Shown piece after piece: positions 47,101 through 55,654 of a DNA stretch of 63,240 bases. The first letter of the stretch is position 1. Each line of letters begins with the position of its first letter. Origin of the DNA: a virus (lineage: Duplodnaviria > Caudoviricetes); IMG/VR virus record IMGVR_UViG_3300044580_000304, positions 1-63,240 of that record; one strand, written 5' to 3'. A program made the translations under genes and the position numbers. The notes under the pieces were generated by a model, which was not told the origin of the DNA, did no database searches, and saw only the letters and a list, made by a program, of their open reading frames with translations.

Positions 47101-49079
47101 ATCTTTGCAAACTTTGTGCCATCGACAGTGCTTAGCTCGTAGTCGCTCGCACTAAGCCCAATGGCATGAAGTCTGATAATTGCATCCTCAGTTAATATCT
47201 TCCCAAGCGCAACCTCGATTAAGTCTGGATTATTTTTATTTTTGAGTTCCACTACCATCGCAGCCGACGCCTCGAGGCTTCCTAGCGCCTGACCAACAAT
47301 CCTATTTGCCTCATCAAGATATTTAAGCCTCTGTTCATTAAGCTCTGCGACCGCAGCTAAATCGTTAGGATTCGCATCAATTTCTGCCTGTATCGATTCA
47401 GCTCGAGCTAAAAGTTCATTGCCTTTCGTTACGGCTTCGCGAGCTATCGTCTCATTAACTCCTTGATGATACTTCTCCATCGCATTCGCAAAATCGTCGT
47501 AGTCTTCGCTTGACATGCTTTGTCTTGCTTCCATGGCGAGTAGCTTTGCGCTTGCCCCTATTCCAAGCACATCGACGACATCACGATCAAGGCCTTCCAC
47601 TCCAAGCGCAGCAAGAGCAATTGAGTTGAGGCCCGCATAGTTTCCATTAGCAATCCACTTGCCCGCTCCTCCAGGATTCTTTTTAATCGTTTCAAGAAGA
47701 GATGAATGTATCGCTGCCTGTCGTTCAGTGAGCATGGCCTGCGCTTCGTCTTCTATGTCCGCATCAAGAAGCTCAGAATAAGAGAGTTCGACACCCTTCC
47801 CGTATTCAATATCCTCAGCCGATTCTTCAGCATCCTCGATAGTACCATCAAGGTTAACCTGCACATCTTTCTTGCCCTTTATATATCTTAGAGTTTTTTT
47901 CATTTCTAGATATTTTTTGAGCATCTCAACCTTTTTATCAGCATCCTGGATAGGCTTTATGGGAGCATTATCCTCTTCGTAAATTTGATTCTTCGCCGCG
48001 GCAATCTGCTCATTGGTCATAATCCCTTTCATAATCATATTCGCGGTTCTTGGATCGTCGGCAGCAATCTCGTTTATTCTCTTCGTAAACTCTTCTTTTT
48101 TTCTTTTCTCTAGATCTTCATCGCTTAATCCTTTTTCTTCAGCTTCATTCCTATACTTCGTCGCAAAGCCAAGCGAATTACCAGCATTCTCTTTCTTTAT
48201 GACCTCTTCAATAGCAGGTGCAGTATTTTCAACCTCTACTAAGACTTTCTCTCTCAGTTCGGGGTCGATGATTAGCTCTCGCTCTATGGACCGCACACTG
48301 TCTTTTGTGACTGCCAACAGATTTGCCATTTGTGATTTTTTGGCTCTTTTTTTTGCTTTCTCTAAGAGATCGATCTGTTTTTTTAGTCGCGCTTTCTCAG
48401 CCTTGTCTCCAGATTCTTCGGCATTGGCTAACTGCCTTTGCAGGTCTGCTAGCTTTGCGCTAAACTTTTTGTCATAATCTATAATCTGCCATCCCATTTC
48501 ACTTGCGACATAACTCACAAATTCCTGCTTCGCTTTCTGTTCTTTCTCTTGTAGTTCTTGCTCGCGTGTTTTTTTAATCTCTTTCGCAAGCTTCTTTTGC
48601 TGTTTATATTCTCGCCGTTCTTCTGGCGACATTCTAGCTATTTGCTCTTGTTCTTCAAGCTTCTCCTTCATTTTCTGCGTTTTTTCTTTTTCTTTTAGCT
48701 CGGCGATTATCTGTCGATATTCTTCTTTGCTTTTTATTTTATTAAGCTTAAGCCCATTAAGCCTTCCACCAGCTCCAGCAATAACATGCGCGGTCCCATT
48801 TCCTGATTCCTGAATGAGTACGGGCTGCCCTTCATTCCCCCTTCCGTTAGGGTGTACAGTAATCCAGCGAGCTCCTACTGGCACTGAAATCTTAGCCTTT
48901 TGGAGGCGCAAATACTTTTCAGCCATGGACAGAGATTTTCGCATGGCTATATATTCGCTTAAGGATAGCTCAACATATCCATCTGGCTCGACATTGAGCA
49001 CACCAGTCTTGCGTAAGGTCTCCAGTGCTGCCCTATCGTAGGAATAACTTTCAATTCGGTAGAACATATCCGCCCTCAC
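44157..49079 (-). CDS. Large SF2/SNF2-type helicase, head-associated (DarB-like position)
   Basis: GTGKGKT, VDESH, SATP.KN, SDAGATGLNLQ, QREGRIDR.GQ. Confidence 0.85.
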   Translation of the reverse strand: MRADMFYRIESYSYDRAALETLRKTGVLNVEPDGYVELSLSEYIAMRKSLSMAEKYLRLQKAKISVPVGARWITVHPNGRGNEGQPVLIQESGNGTAHVIAGAGGRLNGLKLNKIKSKEEYRQIIAELKEKEKTQKMKEKLEEQEQIARMSPEERREYKQQKKLAKEIKKTREQELQEKEQKAKQEFVSYVASEMGWQIIDYDKKFSAKLADLQRQLANAEESGDKAEKARLKKQIDLLEKAKKRAKKSQMANLLAVTKDSVRSIERELIIDPELREKVLVEVENTAPAIEEVIKKENAGNSLGFATKYRNEAEEKGLSDEDLEKRKKEEFTKRINEIAADDPRTANMIMKGIMTNEQIAAAKNQIYEEDNAPIKPIQDADKKVEMLKKYLEMKKTLRYIKGKKDVQVNLDGTIEDAEESAEDIEYGKGVELSYSELLDADIEDEAQAMLTERQAAIHSSLLETIKKNPGGAGKWIANGNYAGLNSIALAALGVEGLDRDVVDVLGIGASAKLLAMEARQSMSSEDYDDFANAMEKYHQGVNETIAREAVTKGNELLARAESIQAEIDANPNDLAAVAELNEQRLKYLDEANRIVGQALGSLEASAAMVVELKNKNNPDLIEVALGKILTEDAIIRLHAIGLSASDYELSTVDGTKFAKISNLQKLMQFADPTDLKIEREVEQIKAGLKDEPGWMPAGLVRRSTESFEDPGPDAEYAATSVENQSLADDAQGIEKTEEAVHRTLGMLPEGRFAFKDVEDLTAEEQTDLRRYWERHIYKGSMAERTAMRDMVTGKVISRQAAWQQFLRGKCADDKTVAFEAIKNDLIENHSTEDMFGIADIPPLARVVQGDWKTYRGNVDGAEALFQEIEELRDPATVINKEAAEREAQRLEEELPERLTELYESQMRDHYLKWMSGYSEEQLDAGAEREEQTPWGEYVRMHGDTKRAQAAVLDIIKGDFIDKFTKQYARVTKKKLQTKVEKIHNWQDHVLGMLDKQMRDSVINKVQAELASAGASVANRSARGQFALGSWKEKALEYLEQKKREDAAQAELFGGEELKQDDGTEILSIGKRAEAQLASIVPQLAVNQRRGQKFNVSTMDTRGERQRAIKMFETVGRMNLTFGTGKGKTILSIGAFTDLHEQGKAKRAIFAVPSAVQGQFGNEVNVFCKPGKYHIKSDPSLNQEERIQALKDGRLDMVVCTHESLRNDLIHVMARHNGDISDEAMQKRFNGMNQEERRDTLRAAMQAEGIAFDMLTVDESHYTVNRKGKEDTTLSNVLDALNQNVKYFMNQSATPVKNDASEAFDMLHKVAPDKFDDRDSFLKKYGVDTEFSRRSLQRLINRYNYASRTVTGTVRHDTRHNIQLTPEQRAEYDKVTTMYQRASKAQREGRVDVEAMKFLSPNTFRGVSEEKQQELAERLQESVGIVKEEAYNRVINQFDYAHNAKIKETMRIVQSQVYQEDNPKTASKKGDKKPGVIFTHNIATLQNLQRGLEEQGLRVGIIQGSMNGAEKEKVKVGFNPPNPSDRIYDVLVCSDAGATGLNLQNAAYLVNFDLPQTSWVKQQREGRIDRPGQAHPEIEYHDLVSDTEQEHKRWQRIQRKKALGGIFEEDPGELDDTGLAATIAELKHDRYMQGLEQEKAA

Positions 49080-50779
49080 CTTTTACTAAACATTGACTTT
49101 AGCAATGCATCGTTATCTTTGAACCATTTATCGATGAGTCCTTCTATATCTTTTTCAAAGACGTCCTGCTTGCAATACTCGCCTTTTTTATTAGTGCTTT
49201 TTTGAAAATCATCAGATTCGCCACGCTTTGTGGCAAAGTATTGTTCAAATGCTCTTGCGAAGCATTCATTAGTTTGATTTATATGCTCAGAGTTTTGCCT
49301 GACCGCCATTTTTTCCCTAAACTTTTTTGCAATCTGACCCGACAAAGAGTTCCAATCATCAGACGCATACCTATACTTGCCCCCTTTTAAGCCAAGGTAG
49401 TTATCCATAAAGTGAGCCCATTCATGCGCCAAAGTGAAGCCAAAGCCTTGGGGGCCATTCATCATAGTTACACCAATTGCATGATAGATTGGGAAATAAA
49501 TTCCGCACAACTTTCTTGCGTGCATTAACATGTAGCCAGAGTGAGATATCTTTAAGCCAAACTTACGCGCCATTTCGGAGCGGTCGCCATATACTGCAAA
49601 AACATCATCAAGAGCTTTTTTGATTTCTGATATCTCCTGCTTAGTAATAGCGTCTCCATTCTGCCTTTTCACCAGCACGCCATACATATCGAGTAAATCT
49701 TTGTTTACTCCCTTGTCACCATAAGACGTCTCTTCTCCTTTCACATAGCTGTTTATATATTCTTCCAGCTGTATGTTCATATCGTCCGATTTTTGATGCA
49801 TATCATCTAGCGCCGCGTTGATAGCATTAAGAGCTTTATGCATATCTCTCCCAAGCAATACGTATGCCATATTGGTCGTTCGCATTGTTATTCTTGTTCT
49901 CGGCAAGACTCGAATTGGCGGTAGTCTTTTTTGCCTTAGCTTATGCTCTATAGCCCTGTTCGCCTTCGCTCGTTTAAGGTAGTAGTCTTGTGTCGCGGCA
50001 AGCACTTCAAGGTTCACTCTTGCATAGCGTGCTGAGTCTTGGTTCGATTCAAGAAGGATGCTATAGTCATTTTCACCTATCTTTATCGCTTCTATTCTGT
50101 AGCCTATTCTCGAGAAATATTTATCCGATATTTCAGGAATCCATGACGGCCTCGGCTTATTCAGTATGTCTTTCTCAGGAACGAAAGATATTTTCAGTGG
50201 TACCACCTTCCTATAATCGAGCACCTCTGCTAAGCCTTCTTTTGTTATTTCTGGTGTAAAGTCATATTCAGGCTGAATGTCTGGTTCTTGTAGCTTTGAT
50301 CCAAATAAGGCTGCCGTCACTGCACCCCTGTTTTCAGGCGTCGCACTGGCTATTGCGCGGTGAACTACTTGAGGATTTTTTGTTGGCAATACTACATCAA
50401 TATTAGAGATAGCAACCTTATTGCCATCAGCGAGCGTGACCGAATCTGCTTCTGTCTTGGCTATTTCACCAGTCTTTTTGACACCATTGAGTGTATACTT
50501 AATCGTGGCACCTGTGGGCAATTGCGAAACGATATGTCTTTTATTCTCATAATCCGCGATTTCCTGCTCCGCAAAGAGGTCGAGCTGCGCTGTATGGACA
50601 ACCGAGCTCTCAGCTTCTTCGGGTAATACCCACACAGTTGTAAGATAGCGGGATCCATCACGCTCAACCCATACTTTCTTAGGCACAAGGCGCGGCGACT
50701 TTCTACTCTTTACTAGCAACACGGGAAGAACAGTCGAATAATGCTCAGAGCTCTTATTGCTTCTCGAATTTATTCTCAT
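49076..50779 (-). CDS. Polyvalent-type protein with zincin (HExxH)/LPD1-like domain
   Basis: LAHEWAHFMD; ECFARAFEQY. Confidence 0.7.
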   Translation of the reverse strand: MRINSRSNKSSEHYSTVLPVLLVKSRKSPRLVPKKVWVERDGSRYLTTVWVLPEEAESSVVHTAQLDLFAEQEIADYENKRHIVSQLPTGATIKYTLNGVKKTGEIAKTEADSVTLADGNKVAISNIDVVLPTKNPQVVHRAIASATPENRGAVTAALFGSKLQEPDIQPEYDFTPEITKEGLAEVLDYRKVVPLKISFVPEKDILNKPRPSWIPEISDKYFSRIGYRIEAIKIGENDYSILLESNQDSARYARVNLEVLAATQDYYLKRAKANRAIEHKLRQKRLPPIRVLPRTRITMRTTNMAYVLLGRDMHKALNAINAALDDMHQKSDDMNIQLEEYINSYVKGEETSYGDKGVNKDLLDMYGVLVKRQNGDAITKQEISEIKKALDDVFAVYGDRSEMARKFGLKISHSGYMLMHARKLCGIYFPIYHAIGVTMMNGPQGFGFTLAHEWAHFMDNYLGLKGGKYRYASDDWNSLSGQIAKKFREKMAVRQNSEHINQTNECFARAFEQYFATKRGESDDFQKSTNKKGEYCKQDVFEKDIEGLIDKWFKDNDALLKSMFSKR

Positions 50780-53700
50780 CCGATACCTCGATACCGAATT
50801 TTTTCGCTGCCCTTAATATCCTATTCCACATCGCATGCCGCTCGTCGGGAGAGTATATGGAATAGTTTTTTGGTTTTGAGAAATAGGCAATTGCTGCCCG
50901 CACGTGCTTCTCGGTGTCGAGAGGATACTTATAATTGTTCGGATCCGCATATTTCTTTTTGGTCTTCGGATACCCCTTAGGCGGAGTCTTGTGTGTATAC
51001 TCAACATCGCCTTCTTCAGGTAACGACTTGCTAATCACGAATCGAATCGATTTACTTAACCCCATTTTCTTTGCCTCCACAATAGCTTCTGGTTCGTCGA
51101 CAAGATCAGCTGCCAAAAGCTTTTTATAATACTTATCATTCTCAGATAAATGCTGCGCCGCGATGATCTCTGCAATATGAGGATCGTTGGTATGCTCCAT
51201 CTCGACCTTCGCGCCAACAGCAAACTCGTCAGGATAAAGCTTCTTCATTCTTGCTATCAGGCCGTTTGCCTTACTTTTTTCTTTTCGCCCTAAAAGCTTA
51301 GATCCTATATTCACTATTGCCTTTTTTATTGATACTTTTTCCAGTTCAGGCATCTTCATTATCTGATCAAGTCGTCGTAGCTCATCAGCCAGCTCTTTGG
51401 AGTATGGCACACGCCACCCTATCGCACCAGCGCCGCCAGTCCGAACATTGTTAATGCCCCAATTGTCGGTATCCATACCGTTATTTCTGACATACCATAT
51501 ATAATCGTTTCCTACTACAAACCAATCACCACCGCCGTAAATGTCCTGCGTGTCCAGTAGTCTTTCGCCCTCTGGATTATTATCTCCATGCGGAAATTCT
51601 CCTTTTGTCTTTATGAAGTCAATTATTTCTTCCTCACGGCCTTTTACTTTTGCTATTCTCTCTCTTCTTTCGTCTTCTTTTCTTAGTTGTTCCGATTCAT
51701 CTTCCGTTGCTTCTCTAGTAAAAGCTTCATAGACATATCCTTTCTCGTCTCCAACACCAAAAGACATGCCGTCGTAAGGATAATATTCCTTAGATGCGCT
51801 TAGGACATATAAATATTTAGGCTCACCATTGCGAGTATAGCCAAGAAGCTCGTATTCTGGGTTGCGGATAACGGTGTCTGGATAGAATTCATGAAATCCA
51901 TAACCTGATCCACCAGCAATATGATATACTTTCCCTTTGTAGCCTCTCGTTTCTCTATATTCTTTCTGCCTTTCGTAAGCTTCTTTTAATTCTTTAAGCT
52001 TGCTTTCATACTTCTCTGTATCTACGCCATATTGGTTCTTCAGTTTTGCTATATTCTCAAGCACACGGCTTTCGCCTTTTGTAGACCAATACTTACCTAA
52101 ATTATCCTCAATATGCTCAAGGTTCTTTTTTGTATCCATTCTAAGAGCCACCCGTTCTGCTTTTGTCATAGCCTCTTTAAGTCGCTCATCAAGATCTGGC
52201 CATTTCTCAATATGTAGTTCTTTTAGCTTACTTACGCCATTCTGATACAGATATCCATCATTAGCCTTATCCTCTACATAACCAAGCCACCGCTCTATTT
52301 CCTTTTTATTTTCTGCCTCAATGCGCTGCTGAAGCGCTGCTTTGTTTTTTTCATGCTCGATCTCATTCTTTTTCTCAATTTCTGCACGCTTCTCTGCGTC
52401 AACATCCACTGGCCAATACGTGAGCTTCGTCCCGTATTTGTTTACCTCTTTCTGCTCAATAGCAGGGAATGTATAGCTCTTGCCTGGCTCGAAGTCTTTT
52501 GTGACGTCATTGATTGCAACGTTAAAGTCAAACGTTTTGCCTTTATAATGAGCTTTGAGATACTTCCTACCCTTTGAGGCAATTTCAACAGTGATCAATC
52601 TTGGTTCTTTATTTTTCACTGCATCAGGAATAGGCTCATAAGCCGAACCACCCTCTGCAACATACGGTACCACAATGGTTTTATGAGGTTCCATGGTATG
52701 TACTTCGCTAGGTAGCACCCATGCTCGACGTTGGAAGACGCCCTCTGGACCATGTACCGTGATAATCCTCTGGACGAGCTTCGGGTTGCGAGCCTTCAAT
52801 AATTCATCATACATATTTTTACCCTCCAACGCCTTTTCGTATTTATCTGTATGCGGCTCAAAAAGATATTTACTTATTTTTGTCGATACTGCTTTTCTAT
52901 TTGCTTTTTTATTGATAATGTATGCATAGTGATCTGTGCCATTGATATCCCGCTGGCTATTATTTATAAACTTCCCTTTATCTACCAAAACAACATCCAT
53001 GAGAACACGGTACTTTCCACCATTGCTTTTGGCTTTATTATCAGCCTCTATCACTGAATCAAAAAAGTCGGCATCAGAAGTAGCAATAAACGCCCTTGCT
53101 CCTCCAGATTCATTAACCGCTTGGTAAATATCCCGAGGGTTAGCAGACTCGAACGGCCTCCATTCGATTATACGTAAGTATGTATCAGTAAGAATCAATG
53201 CGCCTTTTCGACCAGATACCGACATTACGTCAATCGCGTACTTTGCAGCATCGCTATACCCCTTGATTTGATATTTAAGATTTATATCGTATGAACCTTC
53301 TTTTGGCGTATATGATAAACTCACTGCGCTTTGAGCACGTGAGTCAATAAAGGTAGCCTCGTCATGATCAATAATCACGTGCCCGCCAAACTTGTCCCCT
53401 AACATCTTTGAATACGCCTCTGTAACTGCCATATCTTCGGATGATGGAGTAACGTCCCCCGATGGATGGTTGTGCAAAATAATTACATTGTCAGCGCCGA
53501 GACGGTCGATCCTATTGTTTAGAATCCACCTTTCCCCGCTATCAGACCATCTGTGGAATGCTATCGTCATGCCTGGTGTGCCACTGGATATGGCGTTATG
53601 GGCGAGAATCTTTCCTTTAGAGTCAAGATATATAATGTGGAACGATTCTATTTGTGGATTTCTATAGACCTGGAAGAGTTCTGCAATGTCTTTAGGTCCC

Positions 53701-55256
53701 GATACAGTTTGTCCAACGAAGCTAACACGTCGCTGTCCTTTTCTGTTTTCCGTAAATGCTGGATGCACTGGCTTATTTGCTTCACTGAGTAGCGGAGATA
53801 CAGGGGCTGCTCTCCGTCTAGCACCCCCGCCGCTTTCAGCCTCTCCGTGTTCACGTACCTGTCCATCGCCAGCCTTAGTGTATAGGTCTTCATCTCCTCT
53901 CGGAGCGAAGCTGTTGAGCAAAAGCTGGGCATTAGCTCTTTCATAGGCATCCTTACTCCCGTAGACTATTTTAATCGTTTTCTCGTCATATTCAATAGGC
54001 TTATCGTTTACCATTTGGAGCATATAATGCTCACTATCTCCACTATCTCCAAACGCCTGCGATTCTTTTATATCTTGTGAAGCCACTTCATTCGGTCTCA
54101 CCCACCTGGTTGCTTGGTAGGTTTTCCCTTCACGTAAAACTATAACTGGCTTACGAATCAATTTATTTTTGTTGATTGATTTTGTAATATTATCAATTCC
54201 TATTGCGAACCTGCCCTTATCTGTGCTATGCTTAGCGTATGGAGGCACTATAATGCCGAAGCTAGACTTAGACAAAGATGGGCTAAAGTTTTTCGATGTC
54301 GATGACAAGGTATTTGCCTTCGATCCTAAAGCTTGGAAGGCCTTCCGAGTTTTCTCAGAAAGCCATGTCGCATCTTGCGCTATGATGTTTATCGACTTAC
54401 TCCAGAACGGGCGAGCAATTTCAAAAACAGAGGCATTAAAACTTGTCTCATCAAAGTCTCTTTGACTTCTACTAAAATCCCATGCATATCGGTAGATAGC
54501 TCTCTGCGCTTCTACCACATCGCTGTATGGCGCTGGCGGTGGTGGCGGTGGGCACTGTGTCTCTGCTTCCCTCGAGACCTCGTAGAAAATGTGTGCAGTT
54601 TTCTCTTTTGCCTCCAGCATTGCTTTCGTATTGAGCTGAACCTCTGAGATCATGCCATTTGGCAATTTTACATTTATATTGATATCACGATAACCAAGCG
54701 CAGTAGGATGCGCAAAATTGTTCTTAACCCGAATGGTTGCTTTATGAGCTAAGAAATATTTAAGCGCTCGAGCTACACCATCTAAATCATCAAAGACTAA
54801 AGTATGTCCGTCTATGTCGTAGATATGGCTTGCATCTTTCTCGCCGTCAGCCGCTATCTTCTCCTTGACACGCTCTTTACTTTTCAGCGCTGGTCTTGAT
54901 AATAGTTCGGCAGCACCGAGCTCGTTTTTTACCTGTTCCATCCACTCTCTAAAGACTGGCCTTACAGCCTGAGCCCGCTTATAAAGGTCCTCAATATCGC
55001 CTGTCGGTTGCACGAGCTTTGTTTTATCTATTGGCTTATAGTTATCATCACGATCCTTATCAAGAAGCCATTTAGCAGTACCAATTTCGTCGTCCTGGCT
55101 ATTCTCCTTTGGCTTATTTATTACCTGCTCTGGCCTCACCCACCTCGTTTGCTTAAAGGTTGTCCCGCCACGCGTTACAGTAATCTCTTTACGCGTTAGC
55201 TTGGATGTATCGAGAGCCTTATCAAGGATAATAGACGGTTTCAATTGTTCCATCAT
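50754..55256 (-). CDS. Polyvalent protein: RelA/SpoT-like nucleotidyltransferase, JAB/RadC, and small C-terminal phage domains
   Basis: LKSKERVKEK, DIDG, GYRDIN, EVQL, H.FYE; E...HNHPSGDVTPSSED; G.KVEMEHT.D (DUF5661-like); YADP..YKYPLDT.KHVRAA (DUF6582-like). Confidence 0.8.
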   Translation of the reverse strand: MMEQLKPSIILDKALDTSKLTRKEITVTRGGTTFKQTRWVRPEQVINKPKENSQDDEIGTAKWLLDKDRDDNYKPIDKTKLVQPTGDIEDLYKRAQAVRPVFREWMEQVKNELGAAELLSRPALKSKERVKEKIAADGEKDASHIYDIDGHTLVFDDLDGVARALKYFLAHKATIRVKNNFAHPTALGYRDININVKLPNGMISEVQLNTKAMLEAKEKTAHIFYEVSREAETQCPPPPPPAPYSDVVEAQRAIYRYAWDFSRSQRDFDETSFNASVFEIARPFWSKSINIIAQDATWLSEKTRKAFQALGSKANTLSSTSKNFSPSLSKSSFGIIVPPYAKHSTDKGRFAIGIDNITKSINKNKLIRKPVIVLREGKTYQATRWVRPNEVASQDIKESQAFGDSGDSEHYMLQMVNDKPIEYDEKTIKIVYGSKDAYERANAQLLLNSFAPRGDEDLYTKAGDGQVREHGEAESGGGARRRAAPVSPLLSEANKPVHPAFTENRKGQRRVSFVGQTVSGPKDIAELFQVYRNPQIESFHIIYLDSKGKILAHNAISSGTPGMTIAFHRWSDSGERWILNNRIDRLGADNVIILHNHPSGDVTPSSEDMAVTEAYSKMLGDKFGGHVIIDHDEATFIDSRAQSAVSLSYTPKEGSYDINLKYQIKGYSDAAKYAIDVMSVSGRKGALILTDTYLRIIEWRPFESANPRDIYQAVNESGGARAFIATSDADFFDSVIEADNKAKSNGGKYRVLMDVVLVDKGKFINNSQRDINGTDHYAYIINKKANRKAVSTKISKYLFEPHTDKYEKALEGKNMYDELLKARNPKLVQRIITVHGPEGVFQRRAWVLPSEVHTMEPHKTIVVPYVAEGGSAYEPIPDAVKNKEPRLITVEIASKGRKYLKAHYKGKTFDFNVAINDVTKDFEPGKSYTFPAIEQKEVNKYGTKLTYWPVDVDAEKRAEIEKKNEIEHEKNKAALQQRIEAENKKEIERWLGYVEDKANDGYLYQNGVSKLKELHIEKWPDLDERLKEAMTKAERVALRMDTKKNLEHIEDNLGKYWSTKGESRVLENIAKLKNQYGVDTEKYESKLKELKEAYERQKEYRETRGYKGKVYHIAGGSGYGFHEFYPDTVIRNPEYELLGYTRNGEPKYLYVLSASKEYYPYDGMSFGVGDEKGYVYEAFTREATEDESEQLRKEDERRERIAKVKGREEEIIDFIKTKGEFPHGDNNPEGERLLDTQDIYGGGDWFVVGNDYIWYVRNNGMDTDNWGINNVRTGGAGAIGWRVPYSKELADELRRLDQIMKMPELEKVSIKKAIVNIGSKLLGRKEKSKANGLIARMKKLYPDEFAVGAKVEMEHTNDPHIAEIIAAQHLSENDKYYKKLLAADLVDEPEAIVEAKKMGLSKSIRFVISKSLPEEGDVEYTHKTPPKGYPKTKKKYADPNNYKYPLDTEKHVRAAIAYFSKPKNYSIYSPDERHAMWNRILRAAKKFGIEVSDENKFEKQ
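54253..54465 (+). CDS. Antisense-embedded 70-aa protein (candidate immunity/antitoxin)
   Basis: GGAGG-7nt-ATG; TTGCGA-18-TGc-TATGCT promoter at 54203-54232; protein-like composition. Confidence 0.6.
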   Translation: MPKLDLDKDGLKFFDVDDKVFAFDPKAWKAFRVFSESHVASCAMMFIDLLQNGRAISKTEALKLVSSKSL

Positions 55257-55654
55257 TAATAATCCCCCAATGGTGCATCTGGGTCGTGAAGTATATAGCT
55301 ATGCTCTACGCCATAGGCATCAGTCCACCTATGCATAGATAGACAGGCAGGATGCTTTTTGTGGAAATAAACAGCCGCAAGAATTGTTCTAAATTCACTG
55401 CCGTGCCATGCTCGTTGCTTCATCACAGGATCGTCGTGATGTGCCATATACCATGCATCTGGCTCTGGCGCATATTTCTGCAAAGCATCTTTCACCGCCC
55501 ACCAATAGACACCAAATGTTTTATAAAGCTCGGGCCTCTCAATGAGTTTTGGTGCTATAGCTTTTGCTGCTCTCGCGGCAAAGCCCTCGGCATCTCCATC
55601 GAACTTTGTGTCCTTGACAAGATAGTCGATGAATACATCGTCGTAGTACATCAA
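55256..55654 (-). CDS. Hypothetical protein
   Basis: Coupled to the MuF-like gene; FGVYWWAVK. Confidence 0.65.
   Translation of the reverse strand: MMYYDDVFIDYLVKDTKFDGDAEGFAARAAKAIAPKLIERPELYKTFGVYWWAVKDALQKYAPEPDAWYMAHHDDPVMKQRAWHGSEFRTILAAVYFHKKHPACLSMHRWTDAYGVEHSYILHDPDAPLGDY

Noticed and set aside
54205-54226. Third copy of the late 19-nt box (AGATAAGGGC)
   Set aside because: Only a partial match with no terminator hairpin; it coincides with the antisense promoter spacer
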